Shown: one piece after another, positions 59,707 through 64,000 of the stretch
How positions within the stretch are numbered: position 1 is the stretch's first letter
Layout: every line of letters begins with the position of its first letter
NCBI GenBank assembly: GCA_963668445.1
Contig: OY764335.1
Location: 216,270 to 280,269, forward strand
Direction: 5' to 3'
DNA length: 64,000 bases
Origin: an uncultured candidatus Porisulfidus sp.
Lineage (GTDB): Bacteria; Pseudomonadota; Gammaproteobacteria; Poriferisulfidales; Poriferisulfidaceae
Translations under genes and position numbers: made by a program
The notes under the pieces: model-generated
The model's input: only the letters and a program-made list of their open reading frames with translations
Told to the model about the DNA's origin: nothing
Databases searched by the model: none

Positions 59707-61119
59707 ATGGTGCGTGCTTGGAAGTTAAGCATCGTGGGGGTGGCGTTCGGCCTGCTGGCTGCAGCACCGGCGGCGGCGGCCGGCGAACTGCCGGATTTCA
59801 CGCAGCTTATCGAGGCGCATGCGCCAGTGGTCGTCAATATCAGCACTACGCGCAAGACGGAGCCGAAGAATCTGCCGCAGGGCAAGGAGCAGGAATTGCC
59901 GGAGGACATGCCGGAACTGTTCCGCCACTTCTTGGAGAGGCAACGGCCGATGCCGCGCACGCCGCGGCCCCGGCAGGGCACCGGCTCCGGCATGATCTAT
60001 TCGGCCGACGGCTATATCGTGACCAACCACCACGTCGTGGACAATGTCGACGAGATTATTGTCAAACTGAGTGATAAGCGCGAGTTCACGGCCGAACTGG
60101 TCGGTTCGGATCCGCGCAGCGATTTGGCCCTGATCAAGATCGAGGCCGAGGGACTGCCGACGGCGACGTTCGGCGATTCCAGCGAACTCAAGGTCGGGCA
60201 GTGGGTGCTGGCGATCGGTTCGCCGTTCGGCTTCGAGCATTCCGCGACGGCCGGCATCGTCAGCGCCAAGGGGCGCAGCCTGCCGAGCGAGAACTACATC
60301 CCGTTCATCCAGACCGACGTGGCGATCAATCCGGGCAATTCCGGCGGGCCGCTGTTCGATCTGGACGGCCGCGTGGTCGGCATCAACGCGCAGATCTATA
60401 CCCGCACCGGCGGCTTCATGGGCCTGTCCTTCGCGATCCCGATCAACATGGTGTCGGAAGTCATCACGCAAATCCGCAAGGACGGCCGCGTCATGCGCGG
60501 TTGGCTGGGCGTCTATATCCAAGAGGTTACGCGGGCGCTGGCGGAATCGTTCGGGCTCGACCGGCCGAAGGGCGCAATCATTTCCTCCATCACCGAAGAC
60601 AGCCCGGCGGCCGACTCGGATTTGGAAGTGGGCGACATTATTCTGGAGTTCGACGGCAAGCCAGTGTCGGATTCCGCATCCTTGCCGCCGCTCGTTGGGC
60701 AGACGCCGCCCGGCAGCGAAGTGGCCGTGAAGATCATGCGCGACGGCGAGCAGAAGACCGTTACGGTGACGCTCGGCGAACTGCCGGCCGATGACGAGGA
60801 GCCATCAGCCCGCACGGAGCTGGGCGAAGCGCCCTCGGGCAAGGCGGAACTGCTGGGCATGCGTCTGGGCATGCTGCCGGAGGCGGAGCGCAAGCGGCGT
60901 AGCCTCGACGGCGGCGTGCGCGTGGAACAGGTCACGGGCGATCCAGCGCGGGCGGCTGGGCTGCAGCGCGGCGACATCATCCAGACGTTCGCGGGCCGCA
61001 AGATCCTGACGCTCAAGGATTTCGAAGACACGGCCGAGACGCTGGAAGCCGGCCGACCGTACCCGTTGCTGGTGCAGCGCCGGCAAGGCTCGCGCTGGCT
61101 GGCCTTGACGCCCGAATAG
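59707..61119 (+). CDS. degP: DegP/MucD serine protease
   Basis: TNHHV, DLAL, INPGNSGGPL, two PDZ domains. Confidence 0.95.
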   Translation: MVRAWKLSIVGVAFGLLAAAPAAAAGELPDFTQLIEAHAPVVVNISTTRKTEPKNLPQGKEQELPEDMPELFRHFLERQRPMPRTPRPRQGTGSGMIYSADGYIVTNHHVVDNVDEIIVKLSDKREFTAELVGSDPRSDLALIKIEAEGLPTATFGDSSELKVGQWVLAIGSPFGFEHSATAGIVSAKGRSLPSENYIPFIQTDVAINPGNSGGPLFDLDGRVVGINAQIYTRTGGFMGLSFAIPINMVSEVITQIRKDGRVMRGWLGVYIQEVTRALAESFGLDRPKGAIISSITEDSPAADSDLEVGDIILEFDGKPVSDSASLPPLVGQTPPGSEVAVKIMRDGEQKTVTVTLGELPADDEEPSARTELGEAPSGKAELLGMRLGMLPEAERKRRSLDGGVRVEQVTGDPARAAGLQRGDIIQTFAGRKILTLKDFEDTAETLEAGRPYPLLVQRRQGSRWLALTPE

Positions 61120-61122
61120 TCG

Positions 61123-62928
61123 GTGGCCGACACGTTCTCGCTCGACAGGATCCGCAATTTCGCCATCATTGCGCATATCGATCACGGGAAATCCACGCTT
61201 GCGGATCGCTTCATCGAATTGTGCGGTGCCCTGAGCGACCGCGAGATGAGCGCACAGGTGCTGGACGACATGGATCTGGAGCGCGAGCGCGGCATCACCA
61301 TCAAGGCGCGTAGCGTCACGCTGCACTACCAAGCTCGGGACGGCGACGTCTACCGCTTGAACCTGATCGATACGCCCGGGCACGTCGATTTCTCCTACGA
61401 AGTGTCGCGGTCGCTGGCCGCGTGCGAAGGCGGCCTGCTGGTGGTGGATGCGTCGCAAGGCGTCGAGGCGCAGACGGTGGCAAACTGCTACAGCGCGGTC
61501 GAACAGGACTTGGTGATTCTTCCGGTTCTCAACAAGATGGATCTGCCGCAAGCGGACGCGGCGCGGGCCGGCGAGGAGATCGAGGACATCGTCGGCCTCG
61601 ATGCGGCGGACGCCTTGCAGATCAGCGCCAAGACCGGCCTGAACGTCTCGGAGGTTCTGGAGCGCGTCGTGCGCGATATTCCGCCGCCGGTCGATGCGGC
61701 CGCCGCGCCGCTGCAGGCGTTGATTATCGACTCCTGGTTCGACAGCTACATCGGCGTGGTGTCGCTGGTACGCGTGTTCGCCGGCCGCCTGCGGCGCGGC
61801 GATCGCATCCGGGTGATGTCGACCGGCCAGACGCACCGCGTGGAATCGCTCGGCTGGTACAGCCCGCACCCGGAATCGGGAGAAGCGCTCGACTGCGGGC
61901 AGGTCGGCTACGTCACGGCCGGCATTCGCGCCATCGACGGAGCTCCGGTGGGCGATACCGTCACGCATGCAACGGGCGGCGCCGAAACCGCACTGCCCGG
62001 CTTCAAGGCATCGCAGCCCAAGGTGTTTGCCGGATTGTTTCCGGTGGATGCGGACGACTACGAGCAGTTGCGCGATGCGCTCGGAAAATTGCGCCTGAAC
62101 GATTCCTCATTCCAGTACGAGCCGGAAACTTCCAAAGCGCTCGGCTTCGGCTTCCGCTGCGGCTTTCTGGGCCTGCTGCACATGGAGATCGTGCAGGAAC
62201 GGCTGGAACGCGAATACCGCCTGAATTTGCTGTCGACGGCGCCGACCGTGGCGTGCCAAGTGCAATTGACGTCGGGCGAGACGCTGGAAACCGGCAATCC
62301 CAGCCAATTGCCGGAGCCCCCCAAGATTGCAGAGATCCGGGAACCGTACATCGAGGCGAACATTCTGGTGCCGCAGGCGCACATCGGCGCGGTGATCACC
62401 TTGTGCGAGGAGCGGCGCGGACGGCAGGTGCGGCTTCAGTACTCGCGCAATCAAGTCAGTCTGACGTACCAGCTGCCATTGTCCGAGACGGTGACGGGCT
62501 TCTACGACCGCTTGAAATCGGTGAGCCGCGGCTATGCGTCGCTGGACTACCAGTTGACGCACTTCGAAGCGGCACCGCTGGTCAAATTGGACATGCTGGT
62601 CAACGGCGAGCGGGTCGATGCGCTGTCCGTGATTGTGCACCAGTCGCGTGCGATGGGGCTGGGTCGCGATCTGGCAGAGCGCATGAAGGATCTGATTCCG
62701 CGGCAGATGTTCGATGTCGCGGTCCAGGCGGCAATCGGTTCGCGCATCATCGCGCGCACGACGGTTAAGGCCCTGCGCAAGAACGTGACGGCGAAGTGCT
62801 ACGGCGGCGACATCACGCGCAAGCGCAAGCTGCTGGAGAAGCAGAAGGCCGGCAAGAAGCGCATGAAGCGGGTCGGCAACGTGGACATCCCGCAAGAAGC
62901 CTTCATGGCCATCCTGAAGATGGAATGA
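61123..62928 (+). CDS. lepA: Elongation factor 4
   Basis: [32 protein letters not shown]. Confidence 0.98.
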   Translation: MADTFSLDRIRNFAIIAHIDHGKSTLADRFIELCGALSDREMSAQVLDDMDLERERGITIKARSVTLHYQARDGDVYRLNLIDTPGHVDFSYEVSRSLAACEGGLLVVDASQGVEAQTVANCYSAVEQDLVILPVLNKMDLPQADAARAGEEIEDIVGLDAADALQISAKTGLNVSEVLERVVRDIPPPVDAAAAPLQALIIDSWFDSYIGVVSLVRVFAGRLRRGDRIRVMSTGQTHRVESLGWYSPHPESGEALDCGQVGYVTAGIRAIDGAPVGDTVTHATGGAETALPGFKASQPKVFAGLFPVDADDYEQLRDALGKLRLNDSSFQYEPETSKALGFGFRCGFLGLLHMEIVQERLEREYRLNLLSTAPTVACQVQLTSGETLETGNPSQLPEPPKIAEIREPYIEANILVPQAHIGAVITLCEERRGRQVRLQYSRNQVSLTYQLPLSETVTGFYDRLKSVSRGYASLDYQLTHFEAAPLVKLDMLVNGERVDALSVIVHQSRAMGLGRDLAERMKDLIPRQMFDVAVQAAIGSRIIARTTVKALRKNVTAKCYGGDITRKRKLLEKQKAGKKRMKRVGNVDIPQEAFMAILKME

Positions 62929-63839
62929 TGCGGCGTTGCATGGCCGGACTGCTACTGCTGCTGGTGCTGGTTGCGCCGGCTGCGGGCGAAGTGCTGACCG
63001 CAACATTGCTCGGCACCGGCACGCCGCGCCCGGATGCCGAACGCTTCAGCCAAGCGATTTTGGTTGAGACCGCCGCCGGCGAGCGGCTGCTGTTCGATGC
63101 CGGGCGCGGTGCGGCCATGCGGCTGCATCAGATCGGCGTGTCCAGCAACCGGATCGACCGGGTATTCCTGACGCACCTGCATTACGACCATATCGTCGGG
63201 CTCGACGACGTGTGGCTGACGGCGCGGCTGTGGCAGCGTCCGAAGTCGTTGCCAGTGCTGGGGCCGGCTGGCACGGCCGCATTCGTCAAACATCTGTCCC
63301 AAGCCTATGCCGCGGATCATGCGGTGCGGCATCGGCAAAGCGGACTGCCGACGGACGCCGGCGCCCTCGAAGCGGTCGAGATCGAGCCGGGCGTGGTCTA
63401 CGCGAACGGGCCGCTGAAGGTGACGGCATTCGCCGTCTCGCATGGCGCAGTCAAGCCGGCGTTCGGCTACCGCATCGACGACGGACCGCGCAGCGTGGTG
63501 ATTTCCGGCGACACGACGTACTCGGAGAACTTGGTACGGCACGCCGAGGGCGCGGACGCGGTGGTCCACGAAGTTATGATGGCCAGCGAAGCTCTCCTAA
63601 AAAGCAATCCGCGCTTGCGCAAGGTGCAGGAATACCATGCGACGCCGGAACAGGTCGGCCGGGCGATGGCGCAAGCGAAGCCGAAACTGGTCGTGCTGGT
63701 GCATGTGCTGCGCTTCGGAGTCTCCCGAGAACAGTTGCTGGGGGCCGTGCGCGAGCATTATTCCGGGGATGTGCGCATGGGCGAAGATCTGATGGCGCTC
63801 GATATCGGCGAATCCGTCTACGTGTACCAGCGGCGCTAA
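62925..63839 (+). CDS. Exported MBL-fold hydrolase (RNase Z/arylsulfatase-like)
   Basis: Signal peptide, [21 protein letters not shown]. Confidence 0.88.
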   Translation: MMRRCMAGLLLLLVLVAPAAGEVLTATLLGTGTPRPDAERFSQAILVETAAGERLLFDAGRGAAMRLHQIGVSSNRIDRVFLTHLHYDHIVGLDDVWLTARLWQRPKSLPVLGPAGTAAFVKHLSQAYAADHAVRHRQSGLPTDAGALEAVEIEPGVVYANGPLKVTAFAVSHGAVKPAFGYRIDDGPRSVVISGDTTYSENLVRHAEGADAVVHEVMMASEALLKSNPRLRKVQEYHATPEQVGRAMAQAKPKLVVLVHVLRFGVSREQLLGAVREHYSGDVRMGEDLMALDIGESVYVYQRR

Positions 63840-63867
63840 GTGCGAATCACAAGGGTGGGCAGATGCG

Positions 63868-64000
63868 CTATTTCCAGATTCCGCTCTCGTCCATACGCAT
63901 CTGACCTTCCGCGTCGGTCCGATGGTCTTCGGCTCCATATTCGATAAGCAGCTGCACTATTTCCGAATAATCCCCAGCGACCGCTTTGAGCAAGGGCGTA
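63868..64000 (-). CDS. Ankyrin-repeat protein, C-terminal fragment (begins beyond window)
   Basis: Manual translation: TPLLKAVAGDYSEIVQLLIEYGAEDHRTDAEGQ...WK*. Confidence 0.75.
   Translation of the reverse strand, partial: TPLLKAVAGDYSEIVQLLIEYGAEDHRTDAEGQMRMDESGIWK

Overview
High-GC gammaproteobacterial chromosome segment. It is mostly housekeeping operons: end of glmS; tkt-gap-pgk-pyk-fba; gnnAB-lpxB; rnhB-dnaE-accA-tilS; pyrG-kdsA; yrbG-kdsD-kdsC-lptC/A-lptB-hpf-PTS(Ntr)-mgtE; MMPL transporter plus TonB-dependent receptor; orn, nadB, rpoE-rseAB-degP-lepA. Three accessory tracts interrupt it. (1) From 0.4 to 9.5 kb, downstream of glmS: a short structured RNA leader with a frameshifted NYN RNase, a four-gene MotA/TolQ/ExbB + two ExbD-like + tandem-SUMF1 membrane-motor operon, a VapBC-type TA pair, Vsr, a HEPN protein and a PP2C broken at a G8 tract. 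(2) From 12.5 to 13.8 kb, between pyk and fba: a DUF6338-like membrane protein plus an unannotated 48-aa polyproline microprotein. (3) From 20.5 to 27.1 kb: an orphan antitoxin, mtdB, a type II R-M pair, an AAA-wHTH ATPase and an MTase-HNH fusion. The best candidates for undescribed systems are the motor/SUMF1 operon, the RNA-leader/NYN module and the DUF6338/microprotein pair. No rRNA, tRNA, CRISPR array or transposase was recognised. All family calls come from motif recognition by eye; no database search was run.
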